64,000 nt of DNA from a virus, in IMG/VR virus record IMGVR_UViG_3300042565_001918, one strand, 5' to 3'. The notes below the pieces were generated by a model that made no database searches, was not told the DNA's origin, and saw only the letters and a list, made by a program, of their open reading frames with translations. Shown here piece by piece: positions 1 to 9,911 of this stretch; positions within the stretch are counted from its first letter, which is position 1, and each line of letters begins with the position of its first letter. The translations under genes and the position numbers were made by a program.

Positions 1-2343
1 GCACAGGATGCAACATTATATGAAAGTAGTTTTTATAATAGAATTATTAATGGTCAGATGCAGGTTTATTTTCATAATGTTAAAGATGAAAATAATGAAA
101 ATCCAAAAAGTGATTACGGAAACCCACCAATATTAACACCACTACAATTAATAGAAAATTATAAAAACTTAGGGGTTGTAATCTTAATGAAAGGTGTTGA
201 CCCTTATACGACAAGACAAAAAACAAAAATAGATATTTCAAAACCATTTGGACTTGTTGATGGTTCTATGGTTGTTGAGTCGGATTATAAGTTAAACATA
301 CCGATAGCGGAAAATTTAAATCTTCTTAGACATGATTCATTAGTTAATAATAATGTTACATTATTCAATCAATCATATGTGTTTACACCATCAACAGGTA
401 GTGGGGCGTTTAAATACAGCGCTTATACAACACACAACCACTCACTATATTCAAGTTTTGATAATGGACATGATTCAACTAATACAACAATTGGGGTTAC
501 GTCAACAACAAATTCAATAGGATTCCAAATACCAGGACCGATGGGATATTACGCGGCAGGAACTAATGTACAATCAGGTGATTTTGCAGGACTAAACACT
601 TACGTATCAGGACCTAATGGGTATTATACTAACGAATATGTTGAGGGGGGTGGATTAATGGCTAGAATATGTATAGGTGGTTTAGAAGTACCTGGAGATG
701 TAAGTGGGGGTATAGGGTGTGGAGCTGGAAGAATTACATATAACACCAATGTCTATTCAACAGGTATTACTCTTGATATGTCAACAAGTTCTAAAATTAT
801 TATGAGGTCGGACAGACTACCACGTTCAAGCTCATTTGATAATAGATTTGTTTTTGCACAGAATAAAGCATTTTCGGTATTTGCAATATCAGATAGTGGA
901 GCGTCAACCGAAATTGCTGGTAATGTAACATCTAATTCAGACTATAGTACAAATAACGCTGTTGATTTTGAACAAGCGTATGGTACAGGTACCACATCGG
1001 TTATGAGTAGCTTTAGTTGTCCTACCATTGTACCATTAGGTGCATATACACAAAACGCTGGTGCAGGTATGAAAGTTAAACCAAAAACAGATTCAGTTTA
1101 TTACACAGATGGAGATACTGAATACCCAATTATTACAAATGGTTGTTATACTTTAGTTGCCAAAGATTTGGCAATCAGTGCCGATTTAAAATCATTTGCA
1201 GAGTGGAAATCAAGATTCTTAATGGGGTTTGCAATTTGTAGAAATGTGTTTGGTATGACATTTACAAACAATTGGATTAATGGTGTTTTATATATGCCAG
1301 GTTTTCAAAACGATAAAATATATCCTGGTATTCAAACCACTAACCCAACGTATCTTTACTGTAGACAAAAAATTGTTTTCAAAGAAGAAAACAATTCATT
1401 CTTTTATCGCTCAAGTCCATTCAATGGGAATATTGGTACTTTTGTTGGAATGCAAAATACTCAAGTTGCTGATAATTTTGGTAACGTTCAATTCTTAGGT
1501 AATCCAACAACAGTTGTTGATTTGGGACCAAAAGATAATATTATTAAAAATATTTGTGCCCAACCTGAATTTCAAGGGTATGTTGCCGATAGATTAAAGG
1601 CAACATCATTTCAGGGTGTAAGTGATTTAATGCAATATTTTATAATTAGTAGATTAACAAATGCTGACTTTTTAGATAGGTTATTAAGTTTAGGTGATTC
1701 ATCAATTAGTGAATTATTTAGTAGGCCCGCTCAAAAAATTGATGGTGATTTTGCACAATTAAACAGTATTAATAATGAAATTGGTGTTATACCATTTTCA
1801 CCTGAATCTTATAGTGAAGCTAATTTATTTTACGGGGCGACACCAAAACCTGTTGTAGGTGTATTCTTTAGTTCAGATACTGTTACAAGAGATTATATTT
1901 CGCCAGGTCGTGAAATATTTATAGACACATCAACAAAATTTGGGTATAATACTTTTGGACATAAAACCCAAGTAGTTCCAATGTACAGATGGGAAATTAA
2001 ACAAAACGGTACTAGTCCAAGCATGTTTGGTGGCGAAGAAAACAACTGGATAACATCAGGTATCATCTACACAACACCATATCAAGGAATTGATAGATTA
2101 AACGACAGTACTTATTTCCCAAGTTTTGTTAAACATCCAACAGGACAGAGACCTGGTTATATCTATAGTTCATTAGAATCAAAAGACTCTAATGGAAATG
2201 TAACAGGATTTACATATGACGGATTTTATAAACTACCTGACAATAGAATTGTTGTTGGGGCACCTTATCATTTCTATTTTGGATTGAAAAAAGGTAAGAC
2301 CGCTTTTGACATATTTGTAACTAAAAATCTAATTAATATATAA
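1..2343 (+). CDS. Large putative virion structural protein (5' end outside window)
   Basis: Frame is open from base 1 (gca cag gat...) through the ORF-track ATG at 58 to TAA at 2341-2343. First gene of a TAATG-coupled structural operon. No family recognised. Confidence 0.6.
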   Translation, partial: AQDATLYESSFYNRIINGQMQVYFHNVKDENNENPKSDYGNPPILTPLQLIENYKNLGVVILMKGVDPYTTRQKTKIDISKPFGLVDGSMVVESDYKLNIPIAENLNLLRHDSLVNNNVTLFNQSYVFTPSTGSGAFKYSAYTTHNHSLYSSFDNGHDSTNTTIGVTSTTNSIGFQIPGPMGYYAAGTNVQSGDFAGLNTYVSGPNGYYTNEYVEGGGLMARICIGGLEVPGDVSGGIGCGAGRITYNTNVYSTGITLDMSTSSKIIMRSDRLPRSSSFDNRFVFAQNKAFSVFAISDSGASTEIAGNVTSNSDYSTNNAVDFEQAYGTGTTSVMSSFSCPTIVPLGAYTQNAGAGMKVKPKTDSVYYTDGDTEYPIITNGCYTLVAKDLAISADLKSFAEWKSRFLMGFAICRNVFGMTFTNNWINGVLYMPGFQNDKIYPGIQTTNPTYLYCRQKIVFKEENNSFFYRSSPFNGNIGTFVGMQNTQVADNFGNVQFLGNPTTVVDLGPKDNIIKNICAQPEFQGYVADRLKATSFQGVSDLMQYFIISRLTNADFLDRLLSLGDSSISELFSRPAQKIDGDFAQLNSINNEIGVIPFSPESYSEANLFYGATPKPVVGVFFSSDTVTRDYISPGREIFIDTSTKFGYNTFGHKTQVVPMYRWEIKQNGTSPSMFGGEENNWITSGIIYTTPYQGIDRLNDSTYFPSFVKHPTGQRPGYIYSSLESKDSNGNVTGFTYDGFYKLPDNRIVVGAPYHFYFGLKKGKTAFDIFVTKNLINI

Positions 2344-4118
2344 TGGGTAACATTCAAAACGATATAACAATTATTAAAGGTAACCTTAGATACAAAGGTG
2401 CCTCCGAAAGGTTAATATCTTTACCTGTTGAATTTGTTGGTGACCGAAAACAATTAATAGAATCCGATAGAAGTAGAAATATTAATGCTGCGGAACAAAC
2501 TGAAGTTGAAAGACAAGCATCAACAACATTTAGAATCGGTGGAAAAATAACAAACGTATTTTCAAATAGTATTTCAGGAATAACAAATTATGACGGATAT
2601 AAAAATTTCTTATATCTAACAAATCCATTATCTGTTGTCCAAAGCAATCAAATTTTATTTAACAATTTTGAAAGAGTTAAAGACACATTTGGTTTAAAGT
2701 GGGGAGGACTTCCACAGTATAATGAATTTAATTTTATCAGAAACGATGTTGAAAATCCTCATAATGTTTTACAACCACAAAGCGCATCAACATATAATTG
2801 GGGGGTTTATTTAAGTTATCCATTTTCATCTGATACCAAACAACAAATGTCATATGTTGATAAACAAATTAATGGTACACCATTAACATTTATAGCGGAA
2901 GAAGGGATACCTTTTACAATTATCAATACCGTTCAGAAAGGTGTTAACTATATTACTTTTAGATGTGCTGGTAATCACAATTTAAAAACATATCAATATG
3001 TTGAATTATCAATCAACTACAATGGTAATCGTTTATTTAGGGTTGATGTGTTGGGTGAACAAGGATACGATAATAAAAATACAAGTTTTTCATTCATCAA
3101 TCCTGGTTATACAGGAACCACATTTGTAAATGGAGTTTCAGGTACATTTAAAAGAGTCGGAGACATTTCAAATTCAGGTGAAAGTAAATCAAGATATTAT
3201 ATTAGATTACATAAAATCTTAACCAATGAAAATGAGTCGGATGTTTCTAAAATGGGATTTGAACATGCACCATTTTCAAATCAACAAAAAATTGAATATT
3301 CCGCACTTACGCCAAACTTACAACAAAGAGTTTCAATAAAAGAAAACTCACAATCATATAGTTTTACATTTAAAAAAGATTTGAATATCAATACAATGGT
3401 TGATAACAATATGAAACCAATTACAGATGTATTTGTAACAATTGTTAATAAGGGATATTACGGATGGTTTAACAAACCAAACCCAACCACTAATGATAAA
3501 TATGCCCTACAAAAAGGTTGGTCATTTAATTTCCATTCGGATAGTTTGGATGATTGGTGGGAAACAAACAACAGTAAAAACTTGGTTGAAATACCTGTTA
3601 GTTCATATAATAAAGTATCAAACGGTGAACCATATACATTTTATTATAATGAATCATTAAAAATTGATGATGTTTTATCAGGAGATTTTTGTGAATATAA
3701 TGATATTGAACAGATGGAATATGTTATATCAAATTGTAAGCATAAGATAACCTTTAATGACATATTATATCAAACTCAAATATTAGTTCCACCAAGTAAT
3801 AACCCACCTGGTTATTTTTATACACCACACAATGCTGTTAAGTTAAGAGACTTTGCAGATTCTGTTAGCACTGCTGTGGGTCAAAATGTGAATACAAAAC
3901 CCTCATGGGCGTATTTCTCACAAAACCTTAATACTTGGATATATAGAACAATTTTGGAGTATGGTGTTTTTGAAAATGGAAACGGTGTTGATTATCCGTT
4001 TTTAAATGATGCTCATTATCCGTTTTCACAAATATTGTTCTTACAATCAACACCATTTAGTAACATAAACCAATCAGTTGAGGTAACCGCTCAACCAATC
4101 AAAGACGATTGTGAATAA
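2343..4118 (+). CDS. Hypothetical virion/baseplate-region protein
   Basis: 591 aa ORF with TAATG overlap with the upstream stop; beta-rich composition; structural operon context. Confidence 0.6.
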   Translation: MGNIQNDITIIKGNLRYKGASERLISLPVEFVGDRKQLIESDRSRNINAAEQTEVERQASTTFRIGGKITNVFSNSISGITNYDGYKNFLYLTNPLSVVQSNQILFNNFERVKDTFGLKWGGLPQYNEFNFIRNDVENPHNVLQPQSASTYNWGVYLSYPFSSDTKQQMSYVDKQINGTPLTFIAEEGIPFTIINTVQKGVNYITFRCAGNHNLKTYQYVELSINYNGNRLFRVDVLGEQGYDNKNTSFSFINPGYTGTTFVNGVSGTFKRVGDISNSGESKSRYYIRLHKILTNENESDVSKMGFEHAPFSNQQKIEYSALTPNLQQRVSIKENSQSYSFTFKKDLNINTMVDNNMKPITDVFVTIVNKGYYGWFNKPNPTTNDKYALQKGWSFNFHSDSLDDWWETNNSKNLVEIPVSSYNKVSNGEPYTFYYNESLKIDDVLSGDFCEYNDIEQMEYVISNCKHKITFNDILYQTQILVPPSNNPPGYFYTPHNAVKLRDFADSVSTAVGQNVNTKPSWAYFSQNLNTWIYRTILEYGVFENGNGVDYPFLNDAHYPFSQILFLQSTPFSNINQSVEVTAQPIKDDCE

Positions 4119-4977
4119 TTTTAGACTAAGATATAACCCTCTTCAAAACGCAAATACAGATATTGATTTGGCGTTACAGACACCCATCTTAACAACATGG
4201 GATTTAAATGGTGTGAATGAAAGTATTGATGTTTTTGAAAATGAAATTATTCAAAAAGCTGTCAACCCAATTGATAATTTTGAAACCATAAGATATTCAC
4301 ATGCACGTTGGGCTCCTCAGATTATTAATGTTGACCCAAAAACTAGTACCCATTATGATTTTTATTTTTATTCTGCAACAACAGATTCATCAATAACGGC
4401 AACAACAACAAATACGGCATGGGTTACCGATTATAGAGCAAACGGATTTACAAGTAGACAAATTTATTATAATGACGATGTTTTTTCAAAATCATATTTT
4501 AAATTAGATTTTTATGATTCTAAAAAAAGTACATCACAACAAAATTTATTAACAATTATAATTCCAACACAACAAGGTTTAACAACCTCTGCGGTAATTG
4601 GACAAAACACCGTTCAAATTAGAAAACCTGAATATCAATTAAACTTTACTGGTGACAAGGAAGGGTATTTTGTTTATTGGTTAAAATCACCTGAATTTTT
4701 TAATCCTGAAATTAGCACCTTATATATGTCTGCAAAATTTTATGATGCAAGCATTGGTGGATTTAAAAGGATGATGAATTCACCACAAGGTACAATTAAT
4801 AATAAGTTTAACTTTTCACAAGAATTCTATTTTTACTATACACTTAACTTGAATTACGATGATTATACCTATGAGGTATTTTTTAATAATGAACCAAATT
4901 CTTTAAAACCACCCCAATTAATTAAAGTAGGTACTGATTATAATCCTATTAAATGGTACGAATATGTTAATCCATGA
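4111..4977 (+). CDS. Hypothetical virion protein
   Basis: 288 aa ORF with GTG start overlapping the upstream stop. Confidence 0.55.
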   Translation: MNNFRLRYNPLQNANTDIDLALQTPILTTWDLNGVNESIDVFENEIIQKAVNPIDNFETIRYSHARWAPQIINVDPKTSTHYDFYFYSATTDSSITATTTNTAWVTDYRANGFTSRQIYYNDDVFSKSYFKLDFYDSKKSTSQQNLLTIIIPTQQGLTTSAVIGQNTVQIRKPEYQLNFTGDKEGYFVYWLKSPEFFNPEISTLYMSAKFYDASIGGFKRMMNSPQGTINNKFNFSQEFYFYYTLNLNYDDYTYEVFFNNEPNSLKPPQLIKVGTDYNPIKWYEYVNP

Positions 4978-6077
4978 GCACAGAACAATATAATATAGTA
5001 GTATCACAAGAATTTTTAGAATCGGCCAAAGTTGATGTTTATGTTCCATATCCTGACGGAGGTGGTAGAGGTGAACCTGCTTGGACGGGATTAACTTATT
5101 TATTATCGGGTGGAACCAATGGTACATCAATGTTAACAGGTTTAACAATTCCTATTATGTTCAAACAAACATACAAAGACATTGGATATTACTCAGGTTT
5201 TGATGGTGCGATATATCAAAAAGATATTAATAACAATTTTATTTATAGTGGTGTAACGGGAAACTCAGCATATACTTTATATCTTTATAATACATCAGAA
5301 GTATTGGCTCAAGATATTGTTTACGAAGTTGATTGGGGTGATAACCAACCAGTGGAAACAATTACAAAAAAATATCCTGATTACGCATCACATGATTATC
5401 CACCACTTACAAGTGGTACACCAAAAACATATGAAGTTAGATTAAGTGGAACCGCAGCTTGGGGTACAACCGTTACTACAAAAAATGTAACAATGCCATA
5501 TACTGAAATAAGTTTTGATAATCCTGAGGGAGAATATTATTTTGTTCCTCGTGATGGATATTGGTCAGGAACACCAGTTTCATATAAATGGATATTCACA
5601 GGAGACAGTGAAAATAATATTCAAGCGCAAATATCCTCAAATTACACAACAATACCATTTTTGGTATCAGGATTTACAAGTTCAAAAATAACACAATTAA
5701 AACAATATGGTCCAAATCCTTATATTGAAGGAGCACCCGTAATTCAAAAAGGTGAAATTGTTGGATATGTAAAAAACTTGGGACCTGATTATACAGGTTA
5801 TACATATTTGAATACATTATACTATGACTTCCCACAAGGGTATACATTATTCATTGCGAACTCATCAGGATTGACCGAAAACAATATAACACCAGTACCA
5901 ATTGTTAAAGAAGAAATATTAATTGGTATGGTAAACGCGACAGAAATACAATCAAATGTATTTATTAACAGAGGCAAATTATCAGGAACGGAAAGTTTAC
6001 TTAGATTAGGTGAAGTTGACAATCTTGGTGACCTTATAAAATACGGATATGGATATTTTAAACTAACAGAACAATAA
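4974..6077 (+). CDS. Virion protein with PKD/Ig-like domain
   Basis: YEVDWGD...SHDY...YEVRLS resembles the PKD-domain WGD signature; ATGA overlap with the upstream gene. Confidence 0.55.
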   Translation: MSTEQYNIVVSQEFLESAKVDVYVPYPDGGGRGEPAWTGLTYLLSGGTNGTSMLTGLTIPIMFKQTYKDIGYYSGFDGAIYQKDINNNFIYSGVTGNSAYTLYLYNTSEVLAQDIVYEVDWGDNQPVETITKKYPDYASHDYPPLTSGTPKTYEVRLSGTAAWGTTVTTKNVTMPYTEISFDNPEGEYYFVPRDGYWSGTPVSYKWIFTGDSENNIQAQISSNYTTIPFLVSGFTSSKITQLKQYGPNPYIEGAPVIQKGEIVGYVKNLGPDYTGYTYLNTLYYDFPQGYTLFIANSSGLTENNITPVPIVKEEILIGMVNATEIQSNVFINRGKLSGTESLLRLGEVDNLGDLIKYGYGYFKLTEQ

Positions 6078-6078
6078 A

Positions 6079-6990
6079 ATGGCACTAGGAACATATGGTA
6101 TAACTCGCCCAGCCGACATGGCACCTGAAGATGTAGAAATCATCATGGTGTATACACCGTCAAGAGATTTTACGTCAACACCAATAATTAAAAAACTTAA
6201 CTCATCTCAGATATTAACACCGTATTTTAATAACGCAAGTACAGGTGGTAATACAAATGAAATATTGGGGGGTCTTTATAATTTAAAACTACCAGCAACT
6301 GAATTTAACAAAATTGGTATCTACACTTTAATGATTAGACCGGCACAAATCAGAACAACATTAACTGATTGCGGTGTTTTATCAGCATTACCAAGTGTTA
6401 AAGGTATTATTGTTGATACAAACAACGTACCTTCAGCATTTAGAAATAGATTTGTTTCTCAAGGATTGGTTGGTTATCGTGTTGAGTACTTAAACACAGA
6501 TGGTACAAAGATACCAAATTTTTATAGAATTATAACTTCATCATTTTTTGTTGATACTGTCGTTAGTAACCCTGCGGCGGGTAACACAAACTCTGTTAGA
6601 TATAGATACATTGATTCACCAAGTGCAAGAAACTTAGTATTTGCAACGGTATCACCTTCAAGTGCTCCGTCAAACAATCCAAACGCAGTTCCTTACATTG
6701 GACAGCCAGGACAACAAGTTATTTTAACAAATACATTTTTTAACCCATTTACAGTTGAAATTGAAATGGCGGAATACGACTTAAACAGTGTTGCTATCGC
6801 TCTTTATGGTAATCAGACCAAAGCAATTGATACTGGATTATACACTATCTACGACTCAGATAATAGAATTTACAAACAATACAACTTGTTTGAAATTAGA
6901 AGTGACTTTAACGACTTGTTATATGAGGTTCGTCAAGATAGAAACAATAACATTGACTTTAGTGTTAGTTTTGACAACATCATACCATAA
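6079..6990 (+). CDS. Hypothetical virion protein
   Basis: 303 aa ORF in the coupled structural operon. Confidence 0.6.
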   Translation: MALGTYGITRPADMAPEDVEIIMVYTPSRDFTSTPIIKKLNSSQILTPYFNNASTGGNTNEILGGLYNLKLPATEFNKIGIYTLMIRPAQIRTTLTDCGVLSALPSVKGIIVDTNNVPSAFRNRFVSQGLVGYRVEYLNTDGTKIPNFYRIITSSFFVDTVVSNPAAGNTNSVRYRYIDSPSARNLVFATVSPSSAPSNNPNAVPYIGQPGQQVILTNTFFNPFTVEIEMAEYDLNSVAIALYGNQTKAIDTGLYTIYDSDNRIYKQYNLFEIRSDFNDLLYEVRQDRNNNIDFSVSFDNIIP

Positions 6991-9911
6991 TGGCTAAAAT
7001 AGTAGTTCCAAATACTGGCGCAGGTTTTATTAGTCCCAACGAAGATTTAGTTGGATTTCAGACTACGCAAGGTGGTGGATTAACAAATACCAATTTTGTT
7101 TGGAATTACGGGGTTGTTGAAAAAATTGATAAAGATTATCAATCAGGAGTTTTTTCAAACCCAATTACTTTAAGTGATTTAAATGTTGATGTAGAAGAAG
7201 CGAAAAAAGCATTATCGGTTGACCTAAAAGTTTATCCATCATATGATTTAACCGAGGTAACCAATTTTACATTATACGGTTCACTAACCAAAAGATTTTC
7301 AGCATCGGTAACACAAATTATTAATTTCTTTCCAGCGGCGATTGAAGTTGATGAAGTTTATTTTGATTACAGTACCGCAAATACAGCAACAAATATTGTT
7401 TATAATCAAAACGAAAATACGACAAGTTTTGATGTTGATGTATCAAGGATTAAAAATATTTTTGATATTGATTTTTCACAAAACGCAGCAAGAAATATAG
7501 CTCTTAGACCAACACCTGTTAGTCCGTTAAGAGATATGACAAGTTACTATAAAGATTATTCTTTATTTATTGGAACTGGCTCAACTGAATACCAATTCCT
7601 TTTATTCACACCATCAACATCAATAAGTGCTGGTACAATATCAGTTATTGTTAGTGGTAATCCTTTTTCAAGTGTTACTACCACAACAAAAACTTTAGTA
7701 ATGAGACCAAACAAAATGAAAACCGAAATGGTTTTTGAAAATGATTTTGATGCTGTTGAAAAATTCTTATTAAATAGATTTATTGTTCCGAAATATACCG
7801 CTCAGTTTAAACTTCCAAAACAAACTGATGATGGAACTTTTTATACATCATATGTATTTTTGACTTGGCCGTTATTGGGTGTTTGGAATTTAGATATTCT
7901 AACAACCTCCTATGAAGCTTACTTAGAAACATTAAGTTCATATGGTGAACAACTTGATACTTTTAAAACAAATTTAATTAGTAGATTTTTAACCACAGAT
8001 GCTTTTCACGAATTTGATACAAAAGACCAAAAGGTTGATAAAGTATTACAAATATACGGTAGAAGTTTTGATGAAACAAAAGTTTTTATTGATTCATTGG
8101 CAACAATGACATCAGTGGGTTATGTTCCCGAAAATGATATACCATCGGCATTGTTGGTTTATTTGGCAAAAACTTTGGGTTGGGACACAGGTATTTCACC
8201 AATAACTAATGAGGATTTTTTAACAGCAATTTATGGTGTTAAAAACAAATCAATTTATGAAGGTTGGACAAGAGACCAAACACCATCAGAATTAAACTTT
8301 GAATATTATAGAAGATTAATATTAAACGCATCAAATTTATTCCGTTCAAAAGGAACAAGAAAATCTGTTGAATTTTTAATGAGAACGGTTGGAGCACCTG
8401 ATGCCTTAGTTGAATTCAATGAAACAATATACACCGCAGATAGGAAATTAAAATATGCGGATTTCATAACACAATATGTTCAAATTTCGGGTGGAACATA
8501 TTTACAACAATTACCTGGTTATTTACCTGGTTCAGAATATAAAATTAAAGGACAGACATTTAGTGCATTTACAACAAACTTAGCGTCATCGGTATCTGAT
8601 TTTTCAATTACCGACTATCCTATTAACATTGACGGATACCCTAAGACACCTGACCAAACAACAAATTTCTTTTTTCAACAAGGACAAGGTTGGTACGAAC
8701 AAAATTCATTTCACGTTAGTGAAAACGTAGTTCAAGTTTCAACTTTAACATTTACAGGAACAAGTCCAAATACACAAGTGACACAATTAGCACCGTCATT
8801 TGGACAACAATTTTTACAAAGATACAGAAACTTCCCAAATATGGGTAGTTTAGGATTTAATATCACCGCTAACAAAGATAATCAAAAATCTTTAGCTGGT
8901 GGAATACAAGGGGAACTTGATAATAGTTTAGTGTTAAACGTTAAAAATGTTGATTTATTTTTAAATGTTGGACAAGGTATTACTTATGATGTTTGGTCAC
9001 AATCAAATGAATATGATTACCCAATTCCATATACAGGATTAACAACACCATATCCATCACCTGGTAATATTGATTGGACGGTTATAAATCCACAGCCACA
9101 AACAAAAACATTTGCCGAGTTCGCACAATCATTCTACCATAACATGATTAATGTTAGAAACAGATGGTTTACAAACGATGGAAAATCTTCAGGATACCCA
9201 ACACTTCAATTAGTGTATTGGAATTATTTACAGTCATTAGAACTAGCGGGTGTTGATACATCAAAATACACTTACCAAAAAATGATTGACTATTCAATTG
9301 GACTTGGTAGTTATTGGACAAAATTGGTGGAACAAGTAATTCCATCATCAACCATTTGGAATGGTGGAATTAAATACGAAAACTCAGCCTTCCACAGACA
9401 AAAATATGTTTATAGAAAACAAAGAGGTTGTCAGTTCATCGCGGTACCATGTGTACCTTGTACAGCAAACGGTGTTCTATATGCTTACGATTGTATTGAT
9501 GAAACAATATCAGGGTCAACAATTCCTTGGAGTGGAACAAGCTCAACAATTGACTCTTTCTCAGATGCGTTATACACAGCATTAAATGGTGTTGTGGCAA
9601 CACAAGGATATCAATTACAAAACTGTGACCTTAATTCAATAACATCAGTTTGGTATATTGATTTAAGATTAGATGATACAATATTAGTACAACAACCATT
9701 CTTTACAGGGTATGGAATAACAGGTGTACCAACAGAACAACAATGGATTGACGGATTGGATACTTACCTGTCAACTATTTACCAATATGGATTAAACTAT
9801 AATGTTAATTCAGAAAGAATTATAATATCAAACTCAGGTTGTATGGAATTATTTAAAAACAAAACACTTACTCTTAATATAGGGATAAACGCAAATATTT
9901 CTTGTGGATAA
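6990..9911 (+). CDS. Putative baseplate wedge subunit (P2 gpI / T4 gp7-like core)
   Basis: LVYLAKTLGWD...YYRRLILNASNLFRSKGTRKSVEFLM resembles the wedge-protein 'KGT' motif of myovirus baseplates. Confidence 0.55.
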   Translation: MAKIVVPNTGAGFISPNEDLVGFQTTQGGGLTNTNFVWNYGVVEKIDKDYQSGVFSNPITLSDLNVDVEEAKKALSVDLKVYPSYDLTEVTNFTLYGSLTKRFSASVTQIINFFPAAIEVDEVYFDYSTANTATNIVYNQNENTTSFDVDVSRIKNIFDIDFSQNAARNIALRPTPVSPLRDMTSYYKDYSLFIGTGSTEYQFLLFTPSTSISAGTISVIVSGNPFSSVTTTTKTLVMRPNKMKTEMVFENDFDAVEKFLLNRFIVPKYTAQFKLPKQTDDGTFYTSYVFLTWPLLGVWNLDILTTSYEAYLETLSSYGEQLDTFKTNLISRFLTTDAFHEFDTKDQKVDKVLQIYGRSFDETKVFIDSLATMTSVGYVPENDIPSALLVYLAKTLGWDTGISPITNEDFLTAIYGVKNKSIYEGWTRDQTPSELNFEYYRRLILNASNLFRSKGTRKSVEFLMRTVGAPDALVEFNETIYTADRKLKYADFITQYVQISGGTYLQQLPGYLPGSEYKIKGQTFSAFTTNLASSVSDFSITDYPINIDGYPKTPDQTTNFFFQQGQGWYEQNSFHVSENVVQVSTLTFTGTSPNTQVTQLAPSFGQQFLQRYRNFPNMGSLGFNITANKDNQKSLAGGIQGELDNSLVLNVKNVDLFLNVGQGITYDVWSQSNEYDYPIPYTGLTTPYPSPGNIDWTVINPQPQTKTFAEFAQSFYHNMINVRNRWFTNDGKSSGYPTLQLVYWNYLQSLELAGVDTSKYTYQKMIDYSIGLGSYWTKLVEQVIPSSTIWNGGIKYENSAFHRQKYVYRKQRGCQFIAVPCVPCTANGVLYAYDCIDETISGSTIPWSGTSSTIDSFSDALYTALNGVVATQGYQLQNCDLNSITSVWYIDLRLDDTILVQQPFFTGYGITGVPTEQQWIDGLDTYLSTIYQYGLNYNVNSERIIISNSGCMELFKNKTLTLNIGINANISCG